DNA of 27,668 nucleotides from a virus: UHGV virus genome UHGV-0347332; one strand, 5' to 3'. Shown piece by piece: positions 19,338 to 26,457 of this stretch (position 1 is its first letter; each line of letters starts with the position of its first letter). The notes under the pieces were generated by a model. It saw only the letters and a program-made list of their open reading frames with translations, ran no database searches and was not told where the DNA came from. The position numbers and the translations under genes were made by a program.

Positions 19338-19538
19338 ATGTCATCGAAAAACCGGACCCGCAGAACCACAACCCGCAATATCCGTTTCCCCAATCACATA
19401 ATTGAACAGATCAACATCGCCCTTGAGCATAAAGGGTCCGGTAACTTTTCAGCGTGGGTTATTGAAGCCTGCAGGAGAAGGCTGGCAACAGATGCAACGC
19501 ATCTGCGCCCGGCCAGCATGACAAATAACGAGAAATGA
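19338..19538 (+). CDS. Small DNA-binding protein, YlcI/YnfO-like
   Basis: MSSKNRTRRTTTRNIRFPNHIIEQINIALEHKGSGNFSAWVIEACRRRL…; AAGGA Shine-Dalgarno before the internal ATG. Confidence 0.55.
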   Translation: MSSKNRTRRTTTRNIRFPNHIIEQINIALEHKGSGNFSAWVIEACRRRLATDATHLRPASMTNNEK

Positions 19539-19736
19539 ACGTTCGGTTTCTTCCACCATCGCACCGGACAGGCGACTATGAGGGGACAACGCCGCGCTCC
19601 GTTAACGCGGTAAACCCCGGTGTGTATCGTTTTTGATTATCCCCGCACACTCGCGCAGAGGAGTCTCCCTGTCGGGCTGCGGTCTCTGTTAATGCAGGAA
19701 TACGGCGACAATACCGCGCATGGATAATAAGGTCGC

Positions 19737-19952
19737 TCAACACACTGGCTGTAATACCATGCGGCATTTAGCGGCATTCATCGTACACTCCACGGTTAGC
19801 TCTTCATTCGTGGCATTCACCTGAAAGGTCCGGGAGTGTAATTGCGTACATTTACCACTGAACGAACCTTCAACAAGAACACGACCACGCTGCAAAATAC
19901 GGAACGGAATTGTTCCCTGAAAAGGTTCTACGGTTACCCGTAATTTCTTCAT
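19737..19952 (-). CDS. Hypothetical 71-aa protein, translationally coupled to Rz
   Basis: ATG 3 nt after the Rz stop with GGAGG 6 nt upstream; no recognisable motif. Confidence 0.45.
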   Translation of the reverse strand: MKKLRVTVEPFQGTIPFRILQRGRVLVEGSFSGKCTQLHSRTFQVNATNEELTVECTMNAAKCRMVLQPVC

Positions 19953-20443
19953 GTATCCTCCGGATAATAAAAAGCCAGCTTAGTGCACTGAGTGCGGATA
20001 TATTCCTGCGCCCCTTCCAGCTGCTTCTGCATTGTCATCAACCGTTCTCTGAGGATGAAATAATCCCGTTCAGCGGTGTCTGCCAGTCGGGGGCCGGTTG
20101 CATTATCCACGCTGGAGGTGCCGGTGGCTTCACGCACGGTACCGGGGCAGGTGGCGTTGACCCGCAGGCGCTTACGACCAGCGGCAACATCAGCGCGCAG
20201 AGTTTCATTTTCAGCTCTCGCATCGGCTAATTCCTTCGTGTATCTGGCATCAAGCGCAGCGACATCTCGCTGGCGCTGCTGCATGTCAGTAATAGTGGCA
20301 TTCGCCAGTTTCAGCTCACTGACTTTTTTATCGCGCTGCGCTTTGTAGGTGATGGCGTTATCGCGGTAATGATTCAGCCCCAGACTAAGCACACCACAGG
20401 CTACCAGCATGACAATAATCACCACACACAGAACACGGTTCAT
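19949..20443 (-). CDS. Rz: i-spanin Rz
   Basis: From internal ATG ([18 protein letters not shown]…[16 protein letters not shown]…) collinear with lambda Rz. Confidence 0.9.
   Translation of the reverse strand: MNRVLCVVIIVMLVACGVLSLGLNHYRDNAITYKAQRDKKVSELKLANATITDMQQRQRDVAALDARYTKELADARAENETLRADVAAGRKRLRVNATCPGTVREATGTSSVDNATGPRLADTAERDYFILRERLMTMQKQLEGAQEYIRTQCTKLAFYYPEDT
20038..20223 (-). CDS. Rz1: o-spanin Rz1 lipoprotein, embedded in the +1 frame of Rz
   Basis: [22 protein letters not shown]… lipobox and Pro-rich body matching lambda Rz1. Confidence 0.85.
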   Translation of the reverse strand: MRELKMKLCALMLPLVVSACGSTPPAPVPCVKPPAPPAWIMQPAPDWQTPLNGIISSSENG

Positions 20444-20444
20444 A

Positions 20445-20531
20445 TCACCACCAACGGATTGCCCAGACCAGAACAGCAATGGCCACAATACGAATGGCAA
20501 ATGCCATTGCCCGAATAAGTTCAGCACTCAT
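20445..20531 (-). CDS. 28-aa hydrophobic peptide ORF abutting the Rz start
   Basis: [28 protein letters not shown]; no clear Shine-Dalgarno; may be non-coding. Confidence 0.2.
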   Translation of the reverse strand: MSAELIRAMAFAIRIVAIAVLVWAIRWW

Positions 20532-20661
20532 CTTTTTAAAGTTCACGATTTCAGCGCAATGACCAGTTTTGCCAGCCCATACAGCATCGGAGACACAGCA
20601 ATACCAACAGCCACCCACTTAATAGCAAAAGCCAGCGCTCTGCTGATGTCATCAGTCACTG

Positions 20662-20793
20662 TCACCCCAGCAGCCCCGACGAAGACAACATCACCCAGGC
20701 GAGGGACAGAAAAAGAGCAACCAGCATTAGTGAAAATGAAATACCGACAATCACACACAGGACCTTTGCCGGCGTTATGAGTTTGTCTGACAT
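20662..20793 (-). CDS. 43-aa single-transmembrane peptide
   Basis: MSDKLITPAKVLCVIVGISFSLMLVALFLSLAWVMLSSSGLLG with AAGGGG 5 nt upstream; different frame from the track ORF 20543-20815. Confidence 0.35.
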   Translation of the reverse strand: MSDKLITPAKVLCVIVGISFSLMLVALFLSLAWVMLSSSGLLG

Positions 20794-20956
20794 AGCTACC
20801 CCTTAATTGCCACAATTAACTGGGATACTACCCATAAAAAAGGGATGCTCCAGACCAGCAAAAATTTCCAGTTTGGTAATTGACTAATCATGAGTCGCAA
20901 CTCCCTAATCAGTTTGCTAAAATCAATCAAGGCAGCCTCCCATAGCTTACTGCCAT

Positions 20957-21000
20957 AAAAACAAAACCCCGCTTGCTGCCAACAAACGGGGTTTTTACTT
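20957..21000. terminator. Bidirectional intrinsic terminator (9-bp stem CCCCGCTTG/CAAACGGGG flanked by A-run and T-run)
   Basis: Seen directly; lies just after the endolysin gene. Confidence 0.5.
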
Positions 21001-21085
21001 TTATTCACTTAGGTTTTGCCAGTTCACAGGACTTCGTGTTATCCGCCCGCGTTGGCCAACCTCATTTTTCAGCAAAATATTCTGC

Positions 21086-21619
21086 TTATCTGTCGATTCC
21101 CCAGCACGCCAGCGCGCTCTCCTGGTCACGACGGAATACCTGACCGTAACAGTTATTTGAGCGAATACGGCAGTCTCTGCCACCGTCCTTAATCCACCAG
21201 CGAATCGCTTCGCATGCTCCCCTGCGATCACCTGCATTAATTCGTCTGTAAAACGTCGACGGGAAACACTTACCGGGACCAATGTTGTACGGACAGAATG
21301 ACGCGATCCCCGCTTTCTGGGGTTCGGTCAATGGCACTTTGATGTTTTTCTCCACCCATGCCAGCGCCTTATCACGCTCAATGGCGTTAACCCGGTCGCA
21401 TTTTTCCTTCGACAACTTCATGCCCGGAACGACAGGTTTGCCATCCACCAGGATGGCACCGCGGCAGATGGTCCAGATACCCGCGCCATCACGGTATGCC
21501 GTGGTGTGGTTACCTTTCTTTTCATCCAGAAACTGGTCGAGAATGTCAGGCGCAGGCGCACCAGCGGCAATCAGCGCCAGAACGGCAGCCGACAGGCCGT
21601 ATCTGATTTTTGCGTTCAT
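21086..21619 (-). CDS. SAR endolysin (T4-type lysozyme with N-terminal signal-anchor-release segment)
   Basis: N-terminal LSAAVLALIAAGAPAP followed by E…D…T catalytic spacing (…LDEKKGNHTTAYRDGAGIWTICRG…), like phage 21 R. Confidence 0.9.
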   Translation of the reverse strand: MNAKIRYGLSAAVLALIAAGAPAPDILDQFLDEKKGNHTTAYRDGAGIWTICRGAILVDGKPVVPGMKLSKEKCDRVNAIERDKALAWVEKNIKVPLTEPQKAGIASFCPYNIGPGKCFPSTFYRRINAGDRRGACEAIRWWIKDGGRDCRIRSNNCYGQVFRRDQESALACWGIDR

Positions 21620-21724
21620 GGATATTTATCAGGATTTATCGGTTTCTGAGCCCTGGATATGTTTATCAGTTCCAGCCTGTTGCCTCAGGCTGCTAACAGG
21701 TCAATACAATCATGAGGATTATTT

Positions 21725-21997
21725 ATGGACAATAACACCATTTCTCTACAGGAGTTGCTCGACAGCATTTCCAGGCTTCGGGAAGACGTGAATACCCTTA
21801 CCGTCGCCTTCTCATATCTGGCATTCTCAATTCCAAGGGAACAGATGCAATCAACGCTGGCATCAATCCAGTTTGAATCATGCAATCCCAAATGGTCTCA
21901 GGAACAACAAGACTCTTTCAGGCGGCTTGCTGTATTACTGGATGAAAAATATGCTGGTAAAATTACCATTTCGGCGGACTCTTCAGAGAACCCGTAA
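21725..21997 (+). CDS. Hypothetical 90-aa protein, convergent with and overlapping the 114-aa gene
   Basis: GAGGA Shine-Dalgarno 8 nt upstream; lower GC; no recognisable motif. Confidence 0.45.
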   Translation: MDNNTISLQELLDSISRLREDVNTLTVAFSYLAFSIPREQMQSTLASIQFESCNPKWSQEQQDSFRRLAVLLDEKYAGKITISADSSENP

Positions 21998-22307
21998 TTA
22001 TTCCCGGTAGTTTTCCTCTGTAGGTTATCAACACATCCTGCGCCTCTAAAATTACGGGGCGCTTTTCCGGCGACTGCTCATCCCCTTCACATAACCCGGC
22101 AGCAACATCCAGGAAGACCTGTCTGATGCTCCTTCTGGCTGCTGCCTCATAAAACTCCAGCGCGGCACCTTCAACACGGTCCAGCGAGATGTCCAGGTCA
22201 AAAATTTCACCGTCAAAGCGTTTTTTGTCCCGTAACGCTAAAGTTACCGTAACTTTATTCTCAAAATTGCGGATCCCTTTCACAATCAGTTCATAGTTTT
22301 GAGTCAT
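21963..22307 (-). CDS. Hypothetical 114-aa soluble protein inserted between pinholin and endolysin
   Basis: ATG 5 nt after the holin stop with GGGAGAG upstream; no transmembrane segment; unrecognised. Confidence 0.55.
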   Translation of the reverse strand: MTQNYELIVKGIRNFENKVTVTLALRDKKRFDGEIFDLDISLDRVEGAALEFYEAAARRSIRQVFLDVAAGLCEGDEQSPEKRPVILEAQDVLITYRGKLPGIITGSLKSPPKW

Positions 22308-22311
22308 TGAA

Positions 22312-22527
22312 TTACTCTCCCCGTGCCGCCTTACGACGGTCCTCTCTGATTTTGAAATACAGGTTAGTCAGATATGTCAGCAGCCCAAACAGCAGACTCC
22401 CCAGCACGCCTATTGCCGCCCACTGAGACGGGGAAACCCTGTCCAGCAACTGCAGGAACCAGTAGCCCGTTCCCACCGCTGACGTGGTGTATGACACACC
22501 TGTTGTGATTTTTTCCATCTGGTACAT
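22312..22527 (-). CDS. Pinholin (phage 21 S-type) with dual-start motif
   Basis: [10 protein letters not shown]…[36 protein letters not shown] closely resembles S21; Met1/Met4 pair; GGGAGA Shine-Dalgarno. Track ORF extends upstream to 22605 with no matching residues. Confidence 0.85.
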   Translation of the reverse strand: MYQMEKITTGVSYTTSAVGTGYWFLQLLDRVSPSQWAAIGVLGSLLFGLLTYLTNLYFKIREDRRKAARGE

Positions 22528-22562
22528 ACCCCGTCTCCCGTTATCCGGAAGCTGACAACAAT

Positions 22563-22592
22563 AAAAAAAGCCACCAGTTAAGTACTGATGGC
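22563..22592 (-). terminator. Intrinsic terminator just upstream of the pinholin
   Basis: 8-bp stem GCCATCAG/CTGGTGGC (one G-U pair) followed by TTTTTTT on the minus strand. Confidence 0.45.
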
Positions 22593-22835
22593 TCTGATAA
22601 CTCATGCAGGCATCTCAGACGACCCACTGACACTACCGGTGAGTTTAACGATACCTTCCATTTGACTGGCTCACTTTTTATGATGATGCCGGTACATTTA
22701 TCTCCAGCACCAGACTTTCTATCTCAACGCCATACGTTGCATTTTTGGTAATATCCGTCAGCGTCAGTGCATTTAGTCCCACTGCCAGACTGTCCTTTAT
22801 GGCCTAGAATGCCGGGCCAGTACGATGACGTAGTA

Positions 22836-23024
22836 TCACTCCGGCTCAGTTGCACCACTGACCACCACATCACCTTCTGCTGCAATCGCCTGCATCAGGG
22901 TATAAGGGGTTATGGCCACCGGACTACCAAACGGCTGCCAGCCCTCTTTCAGTTTATGTGTCAGCTTTTCCGCAAGATCTGACGGCGGCGCCGCCCTGAC
23001 AACATCATAGTGTTTAAATGCCAT
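22836..23024 (-). CDS. DUF1737-like small protein
   Basis: MAFKHYDVVRAAPPSDLAEKLTHKLKEGWQPFGSPV…; commonly precedes the holin in lambdoid prophages; internal ATG has GGAAAG upstream. Confidence 0.55.
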   Translation of the reverse strand: MAFKHYDVVRAAPPSDLAEKLTHKLKEGWQPFGSPVAITPYTLMQAIAAEGDVVVSGATEPE

Positions 23025-23283
23025 GGTTCTTTCCACCATCTGAAAAATAATTCTTTAAAATACCTGACATGTAATACAGAAAAAACACAAAACCATACCT
23101 TAAATAAAAACCTCATCATCAAGCAGATATGCATGGATAAACTACAAGACGAGATATAAACCACCCTGCATTTAAATAAACAATAAACAACATCAGAAAA
23201 ATAATTCTGCTCTATGGTTTAATTCAAAAATATCATTTATACTTTTCAGAACATCACCAGCAAGGCATAAACAAGGAAACTAA

Positions 23284-23619
23284 ATGAAGTGGATTGTGAT
23301 TGATACAGTTATCCAGCCATCATGCGGAATATCTTTTTCAGTCATATGGAGTAAAATAAAATTAATAATCTGGTATCAATCGGATGCTTTCTTACCTCCT
23401 GAAAGTATATTTACACTGACTCACACAGGCATCATGCTCAATAACAAAGTGCTACCTGTAACCATTTACAACGTAGTACCATTCAATAAAACATTCTGGA
23501 ATTTAATCAAAAACAGCCAGGAATGCCCTACAAATACAGATAACGTATTGAATGAATGCTTTAATAACCGTTGCACTCTGCAAATATGTCCTTATGGACT
23601 AAAACAACAAAGTCCATAA
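23284..23619 (+). CDS. Hypothetical 111-aa Cys-containing protein encoded in an AT-rich block, opposite to the late operon
   Basis: AAGGA Shine-Dalgarno 8 nt upstream; strongly AT-rich compared with flanks; no recognisable motif. Confidence 0.5.
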   Translation: MKWIVIDTVIQPSCGISFSVIWSKIKLIIWYQSDAFLPPESIFTLTHTGIMLNNKVLPVTIYNVVPFNKTFWNLIKNSQECPTNTDNVLNECFNNRCTLQICPYGLKQQSP

Positions 23620-23621
23620 GG
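23590..23621 (+). repeat. Perfect 11-bp inverted repeat (CCTTATGGACT … AGTCCATAAGG, 10-nt spacer) overlapping the stop codon of the 111-aa ORF
   Basis: Seen directly; no U-tract follows. Confidence 0.5.
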
Positions 23622-23653
23622 AGTTTACTCACATCTGACAAAATCAATATAAA

Positions 23654-23675
23654 CAGCCCCTCCGGAGAGGGGCTG
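23654..23675 (-). terminator. GC-rich hairpin (CAGCCCCTC/GAGGGGCTG) followed by T-rich tract on the minus strand
   Basis: Seen directly; downstream of the 117-aa minus-strand ORF. Confidence 0.4.
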
Positions 23676-24066
23676 GAGAGTGGCGCTATGTGCCATTGCA
23701 TGGTGCCGGGTGCCTCCCGGTGAATTCAGTACCAGCACCTGAATCCGCGATTATCCCATATACCTACTCGCTGATTGCCCCTCCGCACAGGGGGATTCAC
23801 CATGCCAGTTTCTTTTAACAAACTCCCCGCAAACCAGACAACAGTCAACCGCCTGAATTGTGAAGTATTTAAAAATTTCTCCCGCTAACTGATACCCGGC
23901 TAACAGTCTGGCGTTTTCTTTTTCAGCAACGGGAAAGCAACAACCACCACACCCGCCACCAGCACACCGTCAGCCAGCACTGACATTATCCGGCTGCTGC
24001 AATGCCACTCACAAAAACAGTAAGCAATCACTTTTTACCGTAACCGGTGATAATCCAGATATGTAT

Positions 24067-24393
24067 CTACCCCAGATGAGTAATCCGAAGTTCATCCATA
24101 CCACAGGTCCTGGCTATTCTGTTGTACTCCTGAACAAGAGCAAATAATTCTGAATTAGCAACCATGAACTCATCGCAAACCCTCTGTATAGCATCACTAT
24201 TCAGAATAATAACGTCTCTTCCCGAAAGACGATCAGGAGTACAGAACAAAACTGTCAAACGGCTGAAGGCCTTTGCTCGTCCTGCATTGACTATATCAAT
24301 ACGCTGCCTAAGGATGAAACACCCCGACGCCTCATCAATATTCACTCTACCCACACCATATGAATGATAAATATTTAATGCTGAAAAAACCAT
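24067..24393 (-). CDS. Hypothetical protein (about 108 aa from the first ATG; track ORF begins at TTG 24420)
   Basis: ORF on the late strand immediately downstream of the tRNAs; start uncertain; unrecognised. Confidence 0.4.
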   Translation of the reverse strand: MVFSALNIYHSYGVGRVNIDEASGCFILRQRIDIVNAGRAKAFSRLTVLFCTPDRLSGRDVIILNSDAIQRVCDEFMVANSELFALVQEYNRIARTCGMDELRITHLG

Positions 24394-24530
24394 TAGACCG
24401 TATAACAAACACTCAATCAATACTTAACAGAACTTTTATTTTTGACAAACATATAATATTTTCAACAATATCCTGAGCCAGGTATATTTCAGTATAAGGC
24501 TCTGCCGGAAGGAATCTGGAAGAATGAATA

Positions 24531-24607
24531 TGGCGCGCTGTACTGGATTCGAACCAGTGACCGATTGCTTAGAAGGCAATTGCTCTGTCCGGCTGAGCTA
24601 ACAACGC
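24531..24607 (-). tRNA. tRNA-Arg (anticodon UCU)
   Basis: 77-nt cloverleaf: 7-bp acceptor stem, D-stem GCTC/GAGC, anticodon loop CTTCTAA, T-arm ACTGG-TTCGAAT-CCAGT, 3' CCA encoded. Confidence 0.85.
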
Positions 24608-24707
24608 TGAATACCGATAATGGACCGCCATCGGGGACCCGCCCCCGCACCAACAACCCTGTTATCGTGTCGTCTGCTCTTCCTGATAAGCTAATGGCGG
24701 TTTGTGA

Positions 24708-24783
24708 TGGTGGCCCTTGCTGGATTTGAACCAGCGACCTGGCGATTATGAGTCGCTCGCTCTCACCACTGAGCTAAAGGGCC
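24708..24783 (-). tRNA. tRNA-Ile (anticodon CAU, ileX/ileZ-like; Met cannot be excluded from sequence alone)
   Basis: 76-nt cloverleaf GGCCCTTTAGCTCAGTGGTGAGAGCGAGCGACTCATAATCGCCAGGTCGCTGGTTCAAATCCAGCAAGGGCCACCA, close to E. coli ileX from memory. Confidence 0.8.
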
Positions 24784-24832
24784 GGGAGCAGAATAATAAT
24801 GGTGCGTAATTAATTCTGCAATCTCATCCGTT

Positions 24833-25882
24833 TCAAACGATTAAACCCTGAACTTCCCTGACTGTCTGCTCAAAACGTCCGGTCTCCAGCTCAACGCCAA
24901 TCGCACGACGCCCGAGCGCCAGTGCCGCTTTTACCGTTGAACCTGAGCCCATAAAAAAATCTGCAACCAGGTCACCCGGACGACTGCTTGCGCTGATTAT
25001 CTGCTGCAGCATTTCTGCCGGTTTTTCGCACGGATGTTTCCCGGGATAGAACTGCACCGGTTTATGTGTCCACACATCCGTGTACGGCACCTGCGCCGTC
25101 ACACCAAAATACCGCCGCAGATGCTTATATTCACTCTGCAGCTCCACATACTGCCGGTTCAGTGACGTATACGTATCCACCAGCTGGTGGTGGGGCTTTT
25201 CCAGTTCACCGCGCTGATGTTTCTCTTCTGCCACCCGGGCAAACAGCGACTGTAATTTCAGATAATCGCTTTCGTTCGGTAGCTGCCACTGACTGGCACT
25301 GAACCAGTGCGACACCATGTTTTTCTTTCCTGTGGCATCTGCAATCTGTTTTGCCGTTATCCCCAGGGCCGCGCGCGCATCACGAAAGTAAGAAATCAGC
25401 GGGGCCATCACATGCTGTTTCAGTGCACTGCCCTTCGCCGCATACCCGGCATCTTTCGGACGATACGGCCCCTGATAATGTTCCGCGAACAGAATGCGCT
25501 CTGTGGCGGGGAAATACGCCCGCAGGCTTTCCTTGTTGCATCCGTTCCAGCGTCCGGACGGCTTCGCCCAGATAATATGGTTCAGCACACTGAAGCGTTC
25601 ACGCATCATGATTTCGATATCAGATGCCAGGCGATGACCACAGAACAGGTAAAGACTTCCGGCAGGTTTCAGCACCCGCCAGAACTGCGCCAGACACTGG
25701 TCCAGCCACTTCAGGTAATCATCGTCGCCCTTCCACTGGTTATCCCAGCCCTCAGGCTTCACTTTAAAGTACGGCGGGTCCGTGACTATCAGGTCAACAG
25801 AATTTTCGGGTAACGACCGGATAAATTCCAGGCAGTCGGCGTTGATTAACTCACAACTGGATATTTTTACAGTATTAGCCAT
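24833..25882 (-). CDS. Orphan N6-adenine DNA methyltransferase
   Basis: 349 aa with DPPY motif near the N-terminus and FxGSGST AdoMet-binding motif near the C-terminus; no adjacent restriction enzyme gene. Confidence 0.9.
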   Translation of the reverse strand: MANTVKISSCELINADCLEFIRSLPENSVDLIVTDPPYFKVKPEGWDNQWKGDDDYLKWLDQCLAQFWRVLKPAGSLYLFCGHRLASDIEIMMRERFSVLNHIIWAKPSGRWNGCNKESLRAYFPATERILFAEHYQGPYRPKDAGYAAKGSALKQHVMAPLISYFRDARAALGITAKQIADATGKKNMVSHWFSASQWQLPNESDYLKLQSLFARVAEEKHQRGELEKPHHQLVDTYTSLNRQYVELQSEYKHLRRYFGVTAQVPYTDVWTHKPVQFYPGKHPCEKPAEMLQQIISASSRPGDLVADFFMGSGSTVKAALALGRRAIGVELETGRFEQTVREVQGLIV

Positions 25883-26020
25883 AGATCAATAAGCACTTCT
25901 CTGATAGGCTCATACCGCTTTTGCGCAAAGCAGATGGGCCTGAGGTTTGCTTGTGACCCCAACGCATGAGCAGATGGCTGGTGGGTGCCCCTAACACCCA
26001 CCAGCCGCCCATTTACCACA

Positions 26021-26047
26021 AATAAAAAAGCCTTCACTGCGGAAGGC
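26021..26047 (-). terminator. Intrinsic terminator at the end of the small HTH-like ORF
   Basis: GCCTTC/GAAGGC stem followed by TTTTTTATT on the minus strand; stop codon lies in the loop. Confidence 0.45.
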
Positions 26048-26231
26048 GTCTGTAACAACCGAACTGATAGTCTGCCAGACCCGCCATAACCAGCTGGGTC
26101 AGTATTAACTGGCAGCGTTCGCGTGAAAGGTAAGTATTCTGCGCAATCTCCCCGGCTGTCGCCGGTTCGGTGACGCTTAATTCATTAAACACCACTCTGG
26201 CGGTTTCTGTCATATCCTGCTGTTTCAGCAT
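26034..26231 (-). CDS. Hypothetical 65-aa protein, possibly winged-helix DNA-binding
   Basis: Start at internal ATG (MLKQQDMTETARVV…) with AAGGGA upstream; …TAGEIAQNTYLSRERCQLILTQLVMAGL… is HTH-like. Confidence 0.4.
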   Translation of the reverse strand: MLKQQDMTETARVVFNELSVTEPATAGEIAQNTYLSRERCQLILTQLVMAGLADYQFGCYRRLPQ

Positions 26232-26352
26232 GTCTTTTTCCCTTTTCCGGTTAACGTGACACACCAATAACTCTTGTCGAAAAAGCCAGCAAGCTGAAAG
26301 ACAGGTATTCACCGCCACCAGCGCGTTTACTGTACTGACGCGATTTCAGTCA

Positions 26353-26376
26353 TAAAAAACCCGCCAGGCGGCGGGG
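26353..26376 (-). terminator. tR'-like intrinsic terminator about 65 nt downstream of the late promoter
   Basis: CCCGCC(GCCT)GGCGGG hairpin followed by TTTTTT on the minus strand. Confidence 0.6.
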
Positions 26377-26412
26377 TGTAAAAAATCTTCTAACGTCAGG
26401 CATAAAACGCCC

Positions 26413-26452
26413 ATCGTTAGAGCAAATTTACCACAGATTCGGGAAAAATCAA
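26413..26452 (-). promoter_or_regulatory. Lambda-like late promoter PR' with qut/pause element: -35 TTGATT, 16 bp, extended -10 TGGTAAATT, then AACGAT
   Basis: …CTGTGGTAAATTTGCTCTAACGATGGG… closely resembles the lambda PR'/qut arrangement; overlaps the Q stop. Confidence 0.6.
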
Positions 26453-26457
26453 CAACA

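Noticed and set aside
20796-21008. 70-aa minus-strand ORF downstream of the endolysin
   Set aside because: It spans the bidirectional terminator at 20957-21000 and has no ribosome-binding site; the 90-aa ORF at 20543-20815 is in a different frame from the better-supported 43-aa peptide ORF.
22767-23164. ORFs 22767-22982 (+) and 22961-23164 (-)
   Set aside because: They overlap the DUF1737-like gene or AT-rich promoter region, have no ribosome-binding sites, and give low-complexity translations.
24164-24367. Plus-strand 67-aa ORF inside the 117-aa minus-strand ORF
   Set aside because: Fully antisense to the better-supported minus-strand ORF and lacks a ribosome-binding site.
23040-24530. Shiga toxin or other known toxin at the stx-equivalent locus
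   Set aside because: No ORF here has the size or motifs of StxA/StxB or any toxin family I recognise; the cargo is reported as unknown instead.
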